Below, piece by piece: positions 24,341 through 35,595 of a stretch of 64,000 nucleotides of DNA. The first letter of the stretch is position 1; every line of letters starts with the position of its first letter. The notes under the pieces were generated by a model, which worked only from the letters and a program-made list of their open reading frames with translations, did not search any database and was not told where the DNA came from. Origin of the DNA: Felis catus (Eukaryota); assembly GCF_018350175.1 (NCBI RefSeq), contig NC_058368.1, positions 30,010,001-30,074,000 on the forward strand, given 5' to 3'. Made by a program: the position numbers and the translations under genes.

Positions 24341-25741
24341 CTTAGAGGGCATTCTTGCCTTTGATTCTCCCCAGAACCAATATGTAGGGAAAGAGGAAAG
24401 TTCGGGAAAAGGAGGGAGCATTCTTCACATTCCCTCCCAATAGCTTGGGCCCCGATGTAACTACACCCCCAGAACAAGAACCTTCATGTTCCTAGTAGGT
24501 ATTCATCTGGGTTTAGGGAAGAAAACAGTATGGGGCACTGTAAGGTATCCTTCTTACCAGCTAGTAGCTTGCTCTTTTCTCTGTCCCCATTGAGGGTAAC
24601 CGTAGCTTGAGTAATGACAACATGATAAAGATGTCCATCTCCAGCCAATACCGTGGCATCTGGTGTTTTGCTTCTGGGCTTGCGGGGTAGGTGGAAAGTA
24701 TAAGAGGAGACTCCTGTGAGGACCTTTCTCTTATTGACTTTCATATGAATGTGCGGTTTTGAGTTGGTGAGCAAAGAGGGGCACTTCTGTGGGCTGGCGT
24801 GAGCTCCTCTGATGTATGTCGTTCCCGGAAGATCACTCACCTGGAGACGAGGTAGTCTTTGGACAGGAGCCAGAACTTAGAAGGGGGTCTTAGTCAGGCA
24901 TGATAGGGAGTTTTCTGGCTTTCTTGGGACTCTGCTTTCTTTGATAAGGACTTTGGGGGATCTAAAGCAGGGATGACAAGTTGGTATAACTTTGGCTGAT
25001 TGGTAGTTGATACCTAGAGATTGTGTCCAAGTCTGTGCTCAATGAGGAAGAGTGCTGTGGTTGATTGGGGATGTCTGCCCTGAGCAGCCTACGGGGACAT
25101 GTAGCAGATAGGTTGTGAATTGGCCATTCCTGGTATGGAGATTCGTGGGATCCCTCCAGGATGGCAGGGACTAAACGTGACCTTCACCACATGGAGGCAG
25201 AAGGGCAGCCAGGCAGGGAGACCTCCCCATTGAGGCCAAATACTAAAGATGGATAAACTACATTGTGTAAGCCAGATGATCTGAGTTCTTATTATTTTTG
25301 TTGATTTATCTTTTTGAGCCCCTTGCTCTTAGTGTAATCTTCCAAAACTTTTGTTGGCCGGGCCTCTGCCTTGTCACAAGGGACTGGTGGAGGGCACGTG
25401 CCTGGGCTGGAGGACAAAGGAGAGGGACAAGCCCCCGAAAACAGTGAGGCTGGCCGTGGATGGCACCCAAAGACCCCAAGGAGATGGCCAACCTCAGGGC
25501 CCAAGCCTCCCTCCTCACATGTGGATTTCCTCTCCATTGCTAGCTGCAGGCCAGTGGAATTCTAATGTTCTATAGGCAGCATTCCATCTTTTTTTCACTT
25601 CACCTTTTCCAGAATTTTGCCAAAGACTATTGTCAAGATAGTTATTCAACCATTTCACTTCTTAATTCCATTAGGAAAAGAAGGGAAAACTACATAAAAG
25701 GGGAAAGAAACCAAGAAGACTGAAATTGAACATTTACCAAA

Positions 25742-25790
25742 TATTTTTATGTATGTTTTTCTTTATTTTTTATGTATGTTTTTCTTTATT
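25742..25790. repeat. ~23-bp tandem duplication in an L1 poly(T) tail
   Basis: tatttttatgtatgtttttctt x2. Confidence 0.8.
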
Positions 25791-25791
25791 T

Positions 25792-25990
25792 TTTAAAAAC
25801 TACCTTATTGAAGTATGACTGATGCTTAAGAGGCTGTACGTATTTAATGTACACAGCTCCATAATTTTGGTAATAAATATACATCTGTGAAACTATCACC
25901 ACTTTCAGGCCATAAAAATCTCCCAAAGTTTCTTTCTGCCCCATCATCATCATCATCACTATCATCATCATTATTTGTGGTGAGAACACT
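25792..25990 (-). mobile_element. L1MA/MB 3' end fragment with internal (CAT)n
   Basis: ttattgaagtatgactga...gtacgtatttaatgtacacagc...ctgtgaaactatcaccac...gtggtgagaacactt. Confidence 0.75.
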
Positions 25991-26659
25991 TTTATCTCAC
26001 AATTACCCTATGAAGTAAGCACTATTGTCACTATCTAATTAATGATGCAACTGAGGTTCAGAGAGGGCCGGGCCCAGTCCCCAAGTCTCAAACCCGGTCG
26101 AAAGCAGAGCCACACCCCCGGCCCCAGGCATGACAGTCCCCAGTGTGCATGCTCCTTGGCTCTGTCATGCCACGGAGCGTGGTGGGGTTTGCAGTCCTGA
26201 CAGGGAGCCATGGAAGGAGTGTGGGCTCCCCCAGGCTGAACGCCGGCAGGGATTGCTGCCCAGGAAATAGCCAGAAAGCTTCATCTCCCGTGGCAACCTG
26301 GCGTCTGGGAGGACGGGAGAGGGCTGAGGGCTGGGAGGCTCTTGTGCCCTTTGAAATGGGGAAGGGAGCGTCTTCCCTGCCCAGAGGGGCCACTATGAAC
26401 CCAGGTGACCGCAACCTTCGCCCCACTGCTGAGCCCAGAATACCTAGAGCCTGAACGATGTTGTATTCAAGGGGCCCTTCCAGGAACTGCTGTCTGGTGC
26501 TCTGTGCTAAAAATGCTTGTAATCACAGGATTTGCTTTACAGATTTCTTTTTTTATTCATAAAAATTCAAAGAACTGAATGGGGTGTTACCTATGTGACT
26601 TTCCCCAGTTTGAATGGGAATTGTGTAGCTAAATCAGGGAGTGAGATGTCCTTGAGTTC

Positions 26660-26662
26660 TGT

Positions 26663-26698
<36 letters not shown>
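26660..26698. repeat. (TG)n microsatellite
   Basis: Direct. Confidence 0.95.
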
Positions 26699-27357
26699 CA
26701 GGGATAGAGGTAGACATGATTTGACTTGATGTCACTATGAAATATTTTTAGAGACCTTTAGAATTCTCTGTAATTACACTATCTATACTCGGGCCTAGTG
26801 TTATTGTTCAGGTGACAAAATACTGGCTGCTAATTACAATAAACAAAGGATTTCATTTCTCTAAAAAAAGGAGTCCATAGCTTCTCTTTGCTTAAAGCAG
26901 CCCAAAATACCTACTGGGATTTTCTTCTTCTTTATTTTTTTAATGGCTAAGACTGGCACACCAAGACAATTTTTATCATGATTACATTAGTATGGTTTGC
27001 AAACAAGGCAGCGTGTCTTCACACCTTCTGTCTGATGTGGTGGCAGAGATATTAGAGGGGTTTTGTGTAAAAAGTTTAAGCTGAAGCCTGGATTTTGTAT
27101 GGCTTAATAGAGATGCTTACTCCAGAACTGTTCCCCTCTGGTATTGGTGTGCTGTGTGGACAGAAGTCTTGGGATTTTTCTATGCATTCACGAGAAAGGA
27201 ATTGAGATTTGCAGCCTCCCTTTTCACAGATGACAGAGGAAGAGGAGGAAGAAAGGACAGGCCGCCTTGCCAGGGTGCATGGGTTCGAGGGTGCATTCTT
27301 TAGACATAAGGGAAGAGGCAGAGTGGTCAAGAACAAAACTCTGGCTCTGGTGGGATT

Positions 27358-28206
27358 TTATCTTATTTTTATTAAGTTTAAAAATTTTAATTCCAGTGTA
27401 GTTAATATACAATGTTATATTAGTTTCAGGTATACAATATAGTGATTCAGCAATTCTATACATTAGTCAGGGCTCATGGTAAGTGTGCTCTTAACCCCCT
27501 TCACCTGTGAAATCACCTGTCCCACCACCCACCTCTGCTCTGGTAACCATCAGTGTGTTCTCTGTAGTCAAGAGTCTGTTTCCTGGGTTCGTCTCCCCGC
27601 CCCCCCCCCCCCCCCCCCCGTTGCTTGTTTGCTTTGTTTCTTAAGTTCCACATAGGAATGAAATTACATGGTATTTGTCTTTCTCTGACAGACTTATTTG
27701 GCTTAGTTAGCATCATGCTCTGTAGCTCTATCCATATTGTTGCAAGTGGCAAGACTTTATTCTTTTTTATGGCTGAGTAATATCCCATTATGTATATGAT
27801 ATTTTTATAGATAACTATATATTTATATTAGTAACTATATCACTTCTTTATCCATTCATTAGTCAATGGACACTTGGGCTCTTCCCATAATTTGGCTATT
27901 GAAAATAATATTCTGCAGTAAACATAGGGGTGCACGCATTCCTTTGAATTAGTGTTTTTGTATCTTTGGAGTAAACAGCCAGGAGTGCGATTCCTAGATT
28001 GTAGGGTTCTATTTTTAACTTTTTGAGGAAGCTCCATGCTGTTTTCCAGAATGACTGCACCAGTTTGCATTCCCACACAGCGCATGAGTGTTTCTTTTTC
28101 TCCACTTCCTCACCAACACCTGTTATGTCTAGCGTTTTTGATTTTAGCCATTCTGAGAGGTGTGAGGTGATAGGTCATTGTAGTTTTGATTTGCATTTCT
28201 CTGATG
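27358..28206 (-). mobile_element. 5'-truncated carnivore L1 (3' UTR plus end of ORF2), inserted into a MIR
   Basis: ttagtttcaggtatacaatatagtgattc...ggtatttgtctttctctgac...tttttatggctgagtaatat...ctgcaccagtttgcattccca; minus-strand ORFs give degraded L1 ORF2 C-terminal peptides (GYYSAIKKN, VWECKLVQSFWK, PKCPLTNEWIKK). Confidence 0.92.
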
Positions 28207-28385
28207 GAATCTTAGTTCCGCCATATGCCGTGTGACCGGTGGCAAGTTACCTTACCTCTCTGAGCCTCATATACAAAATGGAAAGAATAATAGTACCTCC
28301 CTTATAGCATCGCTATGAGTGGATAGAAAGCACTTAACACAGCATTTATACAGGGAGTGTCCATATGTAGCTGGCTATTATTTTA
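28207..28385 (+). mobile_element. MIR (3' part; head lies at ~27320-27357)
   Basis: gtgtgaccggtggcaagttaccttacctctctgagcctc...aaaatggaaagaataatagtacctccc. Confidence 0.7.
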
Positions 28386-28699
28386 AAGATGCGCTCAGTA
28401 AACGTGTGGTGAATGAATGAAGAATGTTTGTTCTGATCGCAGGATGCTTCAGGCAGCGTTTTCAATTTTAAGTTGCGCTATGAAGAAAGCCTAACGAAGT
28501 GCCAGCCTCCCCCAGGAACCTTGTAACTTGTTTGTCTCCAACAAAGACGGCTGCTAATCTTCCTGTTGAACTGTGGCCATCTGCACTCTGCAGAACAGCA
28601 GCCCCGGACTCTTACTGGGGCTGGAGTGGGAGTGGAATTAGGACTGGGCTGACCTAGCACGGGCCAAGGATGCTGCCAGGCGCTTCGGTAGCTCTATAT

Positions 28700-28920
28700 A
28701 GCTAATGCTTATTCAACTCTTGCCACGTGCCAGGCGCTGTTATAAGCACTTTATGCTTAGAGCAAACAATCCTACCAACAGGCGCTATTGTTAGTCCCAT
28801 TTTGCAGAGGATAAACCTGGGGGACAAGTGACTGTTTCAAGAGACCGTTAGGAAGTCTCTTGAAATCCCACAGTTTGTAAGTGACAGAACTGGGACCCAA
28901 CATGGACATTCCCACTCCAG
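28700..28920 (-). mobile_element. MIR SINE
   Basis: gtgccaggcgctgttataagcacttt...cccattttgcagaggataaac...gtaagtgacagaactggga. Confidence 0.75.
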
Positions 28921-29108
28921 CATTCCCCCCACTGCTGTGCTCTGGGGCCTCCCTGGCGCCTGTAAATCTGAGGGGGCCCTGAATAAAATTTATGTTATGG
29001 GTTGGCAACAGGACGTTGGTTCCCTAATCTACAGATGGTCCGGTGAGAGATATCCCCAGGGTAGATCACCCACCTGGTGCCTGAAGCTGGCCTGGCTTAA
29101 ATCTCCTA

Positions 29109-29114
29109 CGTGTG

Positions 29115-29148
<34 letters not shown>

Positions 29149-29170
29149 CACATGTGTGCGTATGTGTGCA
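29109..29170. repeat. (TG)n / RY microsatellite
   Basis: Direct. Confidence 0.9.
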
Positions 29171-30038
29171 TACACATCTGTTTGTGCGTCTTCTTAAGCA
29201 TCACATGGGGCATAGACAGGCAAGTGAGAAATACACTTGTGAGGACCACAGGAGGACACTGTGTAACTGAATTAAGTGATTTTGAAGGCGAGGGAAGAAA
29301 TGGATTTCCAAATACTTTGTGCTTGCTGCAGGGCTCTTAGAGATTCATCTTATTTCCATTTGCCCTTAAACATTTTTTTAAGCTTGCCTTTCTGGGCTGG
29401 AGATAAAGTCACCGTCTTCTCTAATTGTCCGCCTCCCCTAGGAACGCTCTTCCTGCTTGAGGCGAGGACATCTGACAGTCACTGAGATTTTCCTGGCAGA
29501 CAGACTGCAGCATGTGCCCTGGTCTCCACCCTCCTGCCTTCCCTCTCCAGGGAGTACAGGGCTGTGTAAATCAGCCATGAGGAGGGCTTGGCAATTAAGG
29601 AACCTGACACCTAGGTGATTGCTCCATCCCCTGGGGTTTCCAAACCTTTTTGAACCATGAATCTCTGTTCAGTGTAAATCCCAGACCCCCTGTGTGTGTG
29701 AGGCGGCTGAAAGTGGAGCTGCCCTGGCAGATGCTGGGGGTCCCGGGAGCCCGCCTCGTCTCCCGCGATGACACCCTGGGGTAGAGAAAAGCGGTTTGAA
29801 AGCCCAGTGAGCAGCTCTCAGTTCCCTTCTATAACTCTGAAGACCAGCTTGTTTCTCTTCTGCCCTCCGTTCTTCTCATCTTCTGGGTGCCTGTGATCCA
29901 CTGTGACAAACAGGCGTAGCTAGCATACCGGAAGGATCAGAAGGCAGTGCTAAGGGGCCAGATTTAACACTCATTCTGCTCCAATCTTACTTAAAAAATG
30001 AGAGGTGATGGTGGCGAAAAGTGTTTGGAAAGTGGAAC

Positions 30039-30300
30039 AGTTTAGAGGTTGGGAACATGGCTTGTGGAGTCAGACTGCCTGGGTTCAAAGCCCAGCTCTT
30101 CTGCTTACTAGCTGTGTGAGCCTACACAAGTTTCTTAGCCTCTCTGTGCCTTAATTTTCTCATCTGTAAAATGAAGATTACATAGTAACAAACTATCTCA
30201 TTGGGTGGTTGTGAGACTTAACTGAATTAATATATATGATGTACCTAGAACAGTTCCTAGCACGCGGTAAGTGCTCAGTAAGTGTTACCCTTTATTATTT
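30039..30300 (+). mobile_element. MIR SINE, near full length and well preserved
   Basis: ggagtcagactgcctgggttcaaagcccagctc...ttactagctgtgtga...cctctctgtgccttaattttctcatctgtaaaatg...cacgcggtaagtgctcagtaagtgtta. Confidence 0.9.
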
Positions 30301-30564
30301 AGATAATCATTCCTCTCTTCCCCAAAGTGAATCCAGTATATCCTAAGGTACACATGACAGACTTTCTGACAAGTAACATTTTTTTTTTTTTTGAGGGGAG
30401 GAAGAGCAGAGAGCAGTATCAGAAGAAAGAGAAAAGAGTTTCATGGAGAGCAGTAAAACCGTAGAAAGGGAAGCCCACAGTCTGTAGGAGACATGAGCAC
30501 CTGACTACCACTATACCAGACCAGTCACTATGGGGTCTTGAGCAATTTAAGAAAGGGGATTATT

Positions 30565-30660
30565 GGGGCTCCTGGCTGGCTCAGTCAGTAGACCATGAGA
30601 CTCTGATCTTGGGGTCATGAATTCTGGCCCCACATTGGGAGTAGAGATTACTAAAAACAA
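30565..30660 (+). mobile_element. Short tRNA-derived CAN SINE (old short form, no CT linker)
   Basis: ggggctcctggctggctcagtcagtag...gactctgatcttggggtcatgaattctggccccacattggg...agattactaaaaa; degenerate TSD aagaaaggggatta/aagaatggggcta. Confidence 0.8.
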
Positions 30661-33128
30661 AAGAATGGGGCTATACCTTAGAAGAACCTACAGGAACAAA
30701 AAAGCTCATTGGAATTTTATATAACAGTTCTGTTTTATGAACCAGCACTGCCTCACCCAACCATTTTATGGTAAGCCATTTTCATTTCTTTCTTTTTCTT
30801 TTGGAGTTGGATTCTCTGTTACTATATGAGATGCTAAGATATTTTAAGCTACTTCGGGCCTGTAGCTCTGCTCCAGGTGCTGGGCTGGGAGAGTGTCACA
30901 TATTCCGGCCAGAAGACTTCCTGAGGGATTGGAGGAGGCTGCAGGGCAGAAATGCCAGGTTTCTCTGGAAATCACTAGCCTGCTAAATATAGTGGTGATT
31001 ATGCAGTTACTCCGTTGATTTTTTTCTAATCACAGTTTACTGGAGGCCTTAACCTTTAGAATTCTTAACAGCAGGAAGGCTGCAAAAACAGTTCTGGTGT
31101 CCTCTCAAAATAAACATCTTTGAAGAGTAATTAAGGCAACATATTGTTACCTTGGTCCCACAGAACCAAGTCTGGAGTACAGGGGTCAGAAAATAAACAG
31201 ACTTTGGGGTAGCTGAAGCAAAGAGAGGGGTAGGCCCAGGGATTTGGAGTCCAGGGCTGGGGGTATCACAGATATAAGGGAGTTGGGCTAAAGGATGCCA
31301 TCTGTTAATTCTCCAATTTTTTAAAAGCTGAGAGCAATGAGAGTTAAGTTCAACATAAAATTAACACGAGTTAGTGTTAGAATCAAAGGAAATTTTGGAA
31401 ATATATAATCATCTATTGGGTAATCGTAAAACATACAAATACAGGCCGTCATAGGAATCAGTATGATTGAAGGAGTGATAATCTGCAAGGAAGGTCTGAT
31501 TGTCTGAAGACCTATTTGCCCCTTGTTCCTCACAATTTTGACTAGACAGTACTTTGATTCTGAAGTCCGGTGACCAAACATTTAAATTTGGTGAGGCCAC
31601 CTGGGGAGAGCTTACAGCTAGACATACAGTTTTTTGACACTGACTCTGGTGATTAATTTGGTCTTGACCTTGCAGAAGGAAAGGCCTGGGGTCAAGTTCA
31701 TCTAAGTAGATGATAAATCCCCAGAGGAACAAAAGAATAAGATGGGTGTTGGGTATTTAGAGAGGGAAGGAATGATGGAGAAATGGAGTACCATCTCACA
31801 CTCTCCAAATTCTGGGCTCACTGGGAAAGACCAGAGTCATTTGGAAGGAGCTCCAAGCTGGTCTGAGGTTCCTCTGAAAACTCCCTGTTTGTCATTCTTA
31901 TTTTTTAACTTAACAAATATTTGTTGAGATCCCAGGCACTGTTTTGAGTCCTTAAGGATGGCTAGCAGAGAAACAAAAATACATAGACACATTCCCTGAC
32001 CTTAGTTTAAACCTAATGAGTGGTATAGTTGATATGTACACAAGTAACACATGGCAGCTTCAGGGCAAGTGAGTTCATTTTGAAGTTATCCAGGCTATGT
32101 TTCCAAACTGAAGCACCGCGGATGGGTTTCCCTTCTAAATGCCACCATGGCCACGTGGTCCATGTCGGCATGTTTGCCTGTGTCTCAGGGGAGAGGACAG
32201 GGTGACAGACAGAGTGCTGTTAAGCCTCCTCTCCTTTTTATAATGTGTGGGAAATTCCACTTGGAATTCCACTTGGAGGACTTTAATACTGGTAATAATC
32301 TGTGGTCTTTTTGGCCATTGTGCCTGAAAAAATGAACTTGTCAGCATCTTTATTCTTATCCCTTTTGGGGAAGAGAGCTAGAGAAGCACAGAAGGGCAGT
32401 CAGAAGCCCGACTGCCCATTTAGCCCCCGCTCAGCCCTCGTTCCTGAGCAAAGGCAACGGCTCAGGTAATTAGAGTCAGAATCCTGATGGAGGTACTTTG
32501 TTCAAAGTTCAGTCATAGTCTGGGATGGAGAACTCTGCATGCTCACTTCCCTTGTTAATAGCTTTGCTGACCTTCTCCAAAGAAAAAGTCATTAGAATGT
32601 TGAGTTATGATCTGTTTCTTGTAAAATTGTGCCAGTCCCCCATTTATAGCCCTGTATTTCAACCAATTCTAATTACTTCTTAGAATATACTTCTTCCAAC
32701 CCTTGGAAAATATTTCAAACCCTGATCCAAGCAATCAAGCATACTTCTTGGTTTGCAAGCCGATTGGGACCCAATGCATGCAAGTCTCAATGAAAGGCCC
32801 CTCCTTCCCAGAAGCCACACAATCCTTATCTCCAGGACTCTCCTGGGCTCCCAAGAGCCAGCGTCATTTGGCTTCCTAACTTTGGAAGGTGACCTTTCAT
32901 GGAGGATGTTGGGTGTTAGGAAGCTAATGAGGAAGAGCAAAAATTTTCTGCATCTCTGAGGGAGGGTCTTTCCTTCTCTGTCATAGCTGAGCATCATTGG
33001 AAGTCACTGGCCATTCCCTTCCTCCACCTCTGGAGAGTAGGCTGGTTCAGTTCAGAATCCATTGTGGGGTCCTGGGTAATAGAGTCCTTGCATTGCTTCT
33101 GCTTTATCTCTACAAAATTCCCACAAGG

Positions 33129-33174
33129 TTTAAAAACAAAACAAAACAAAACAAAAACAAAAAAACAAAAAAAG
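33129..33174. repeat. (AAAAC)n / A-rich repeat
   Basis: Direct. Confidence 0.85.
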
Positions 33175-34460
33175 AGTCCCTGTTGGCTTGTGAAGTCAAG
33201 ATCTCCTTGGTACAGCTCAAATTTGGCTGAGTCCAGTGGATGTTCTCCCTCACCTATCTTTTTAAATATATTAATCATTTCAGACAATTTAAGCAACTCA
33301 AAGATTTTCAGAAGTCTCTGTTCCTTTTATGCTTTGAATGGGAGTAGAATCACCAGCAGTGCTGAAGGAAACATTTTTATAGACTTTCTAAATCTCCCCA
33401 CTGCTGAGAAGAATTAAAAAAAAAAAAAGAAAAGAAGCATTTCTCTTGTCTCTTTATTTCTAATCACTTTTTCCTTCTAACGGGACTGAAGCACCATGAG
33501 AAATGGCGCTCTTTTACGGCAAGGACTCATTTGCCCATAACGAACACTGAGTACAAAAGCAAATTAAAAAAAAAAAAAAAACCCAACCCTATGCTTAGAG
33601 AGACCATTAGGAACGATTTGACATTTATTGAACAACAGATGGCGATTAAAAGCATAAAAGCTAGATTGCCTTGCTAGAAACAAAGGGTAGTTCTACTGAG
33701 GAAGTCTAACGTTTCAATTAAAATACCTCTCAATGTCAATTAAATCATATGAAGATAAGTCTGAAAATGGTTTCTAGCTGCACTATAATCAATAGTGCAG
33801 TTAAAATCCTCATCAAGAAGCACCCAAGTTTTTAGGTTGACAGTTTGCTAAAAGATTAGCCAAAGCTTCAGGAAACCATTTCCTTCAGTGTAGGGTTCAA
33901 AAGGTAAACATTTAACCAGGAGTGCTTCCTATGTATGAAACAGATTTATTTCAATGATGGGAAAGAAGCCTCCCTGCCTTTGCTTTGTTTCAAATCTCAA
34001 CCACTTTTCAGTATGGATTAGGCATTAGTGAGGGGTGGGGAAATAACCCCATTATTTCCACAGCAAGGATCTCGCTTTAATGATATCCATATCATTTGGG
34101 AAATAGTAAGTTGGAGTGGAGAGAGAAGTGGTTTGGTAATGAGACAGACCTTGGTTTGAAACATGGCTCAGTTACGTTGGATGAGTGTCTTTGGTGATCA
34201 GAATCTGTTTTTTCATTTGTAAATTTCTCATTTTTCATTTGTAAAATGTCATCATAACATCACCTTTCTTGGATTGCCTGGTGCATTCTAGGGTCTCAAA
34301 GAATGAGGACCCCTATCTTTAGCTGTCTTTTGGAAGAACCTAATGATAGAGAATCCATTGTAGCAGATCTTACCAAAACTGAGTTCAGGGAGACAGTGGT
34401 TTTACTACACATTATATGCCAAAAGGTGTGCTAATGTTAGAGTAGGCAGTTAGTTGGGTT

Positions 34461-34719
34461 CTAACAGGATATCGGGAGGCCAGCAAGGACGAAGTCCTGG
34501 CCAGCTATTGGGAAGATCAGAGGCAGGTCCTGACAGCACTCCACAAGAAGCCAGATCTAACCAGACAGGCCCAAGATGGCAGATGCCATGACAGGAACCC
34601 CCTGACCAAATTGAGAAGAAAAGGCTCGGGAATTCTGCTTTCTGTCCCAATAAATACAATAAATATTCTGCCCCTCAGAACTGTCAATAAAAGGTAGAAG
34701 CCCAAGCCCCAGGGCACAC

Positions 34720-34755
<36 letters not shown>

Positions 34756-34954
34756 TGAGCTCAACCCTTCTCATATCTCAAAAGTGTACTTTTCGCTTTT
34801 AATAAACTTTCCTGCTTGTGTTCCTTGTCCTCTATGCTATGTGTCTGTCCTTAAATTCATTCTTGTGACTAGACCAATCATCTTCCGTGACTCCTTCAGA
34901 TTTGGCTGAGTCAAGGCCCCAGGACCCGAGGTCTCCCTAGTTCACCCAGCAGCA
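34461..34954 (+). mobile_element. ERV solo LTR (ERV1-like)
   Basis: taacaggat start, ccaagatggc, TATA-like aataaaag ~34686, (CT)n, AATAAA 34801-34806, U5-like aattcattcttgtga, ends ...cagca. Confidence 0.75.
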
Positions 34955-35411
34955 ATATGGATTGAATCATTTCCCCCTAAAATTTATATCTTGAAATCTT
35001 AGCCTGCAGTACCCCAGAATGTGACTGTTTGGAGATGGGGTTGCTGCAGATGTAATCAGTGAATTTAAGATGAGGTCATACTGTGTAGAAGGGTGAGCCC
35101 TCATCCAACGTGACTAGTGTCTTTATGGAAAAGGCAAATATAGAGACAGCCACCCACACTGGGAGGATGCCATGTGAGCGTGAAAGCAGAAGAATCTATA
35201 AGCCCAGGGAAGTCAAGACATTGCCAGCAGGCCACCAGAAGCTAGGAGAGACACTTGGAACAGATTCTCCCTCACAGCCTCCAGAAGGAAGCAAACTTGC
35301 TGAGATCTTGATCTCAGACTCCCAGCTTCCAAAACGGTGAGATGACAAATTTCTGTTGTTGAAGCCGCCAGTTTGTGGTTCTTGCTACCACTGCCCTAGC
35401 AAACCGATACA
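34955..35411 (+). mobile_element. ERVL-MaLR solo LTR (MLT1B/C)
   Basis: cccagaatgtgactgtttggagatggg...aagatgaggtcatac...ccagaagctaggagaga...ggaacagattctccctcacagcctccagaaggaa...aaatttctgttgtt...gccctagcaaaccgataca. Confidence 0.9.
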
Positions 35412-35574
35412 CTGTGTCAAATACATTTGGTAAACATTGGTACAGCACCCTGCTTTTGACATTTCATAAAGCAGCTTACTAAAGAAAGTCAGATCTCTGA
35501 GATATCCTGCTACTAAGAATTGTCTCTACCTTTGCTAAATCCAGTGTTTCCCAAACACTTGGCCATGTAAGACT

Positions 35575-35595
35575 CCCCCCCCCCCCCCCCCCCCC
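35575..35595. repeat. Poly(C) tract
   Basis: Direct, about 21 C. Confidence 0.9.

Noticed and set aside
27513..28105. ORFs resembling the L1 ORF2 C-terminus
   Set aside because: Frameshifted fragments of a 5'-truncated dead L1.
30565..30640. tRNA-like sequence
   Set aside because: Degenerate B box, A-rich tail and TSD indicate a short tRNA-derived SINE, not a functional tRNA gene.
31320..31720. Possible L3/CR1 reverse-transcriptase remnant
   Set aside because: Resemblance is too degenerate to call by eye; needs a Dfam HMM search.
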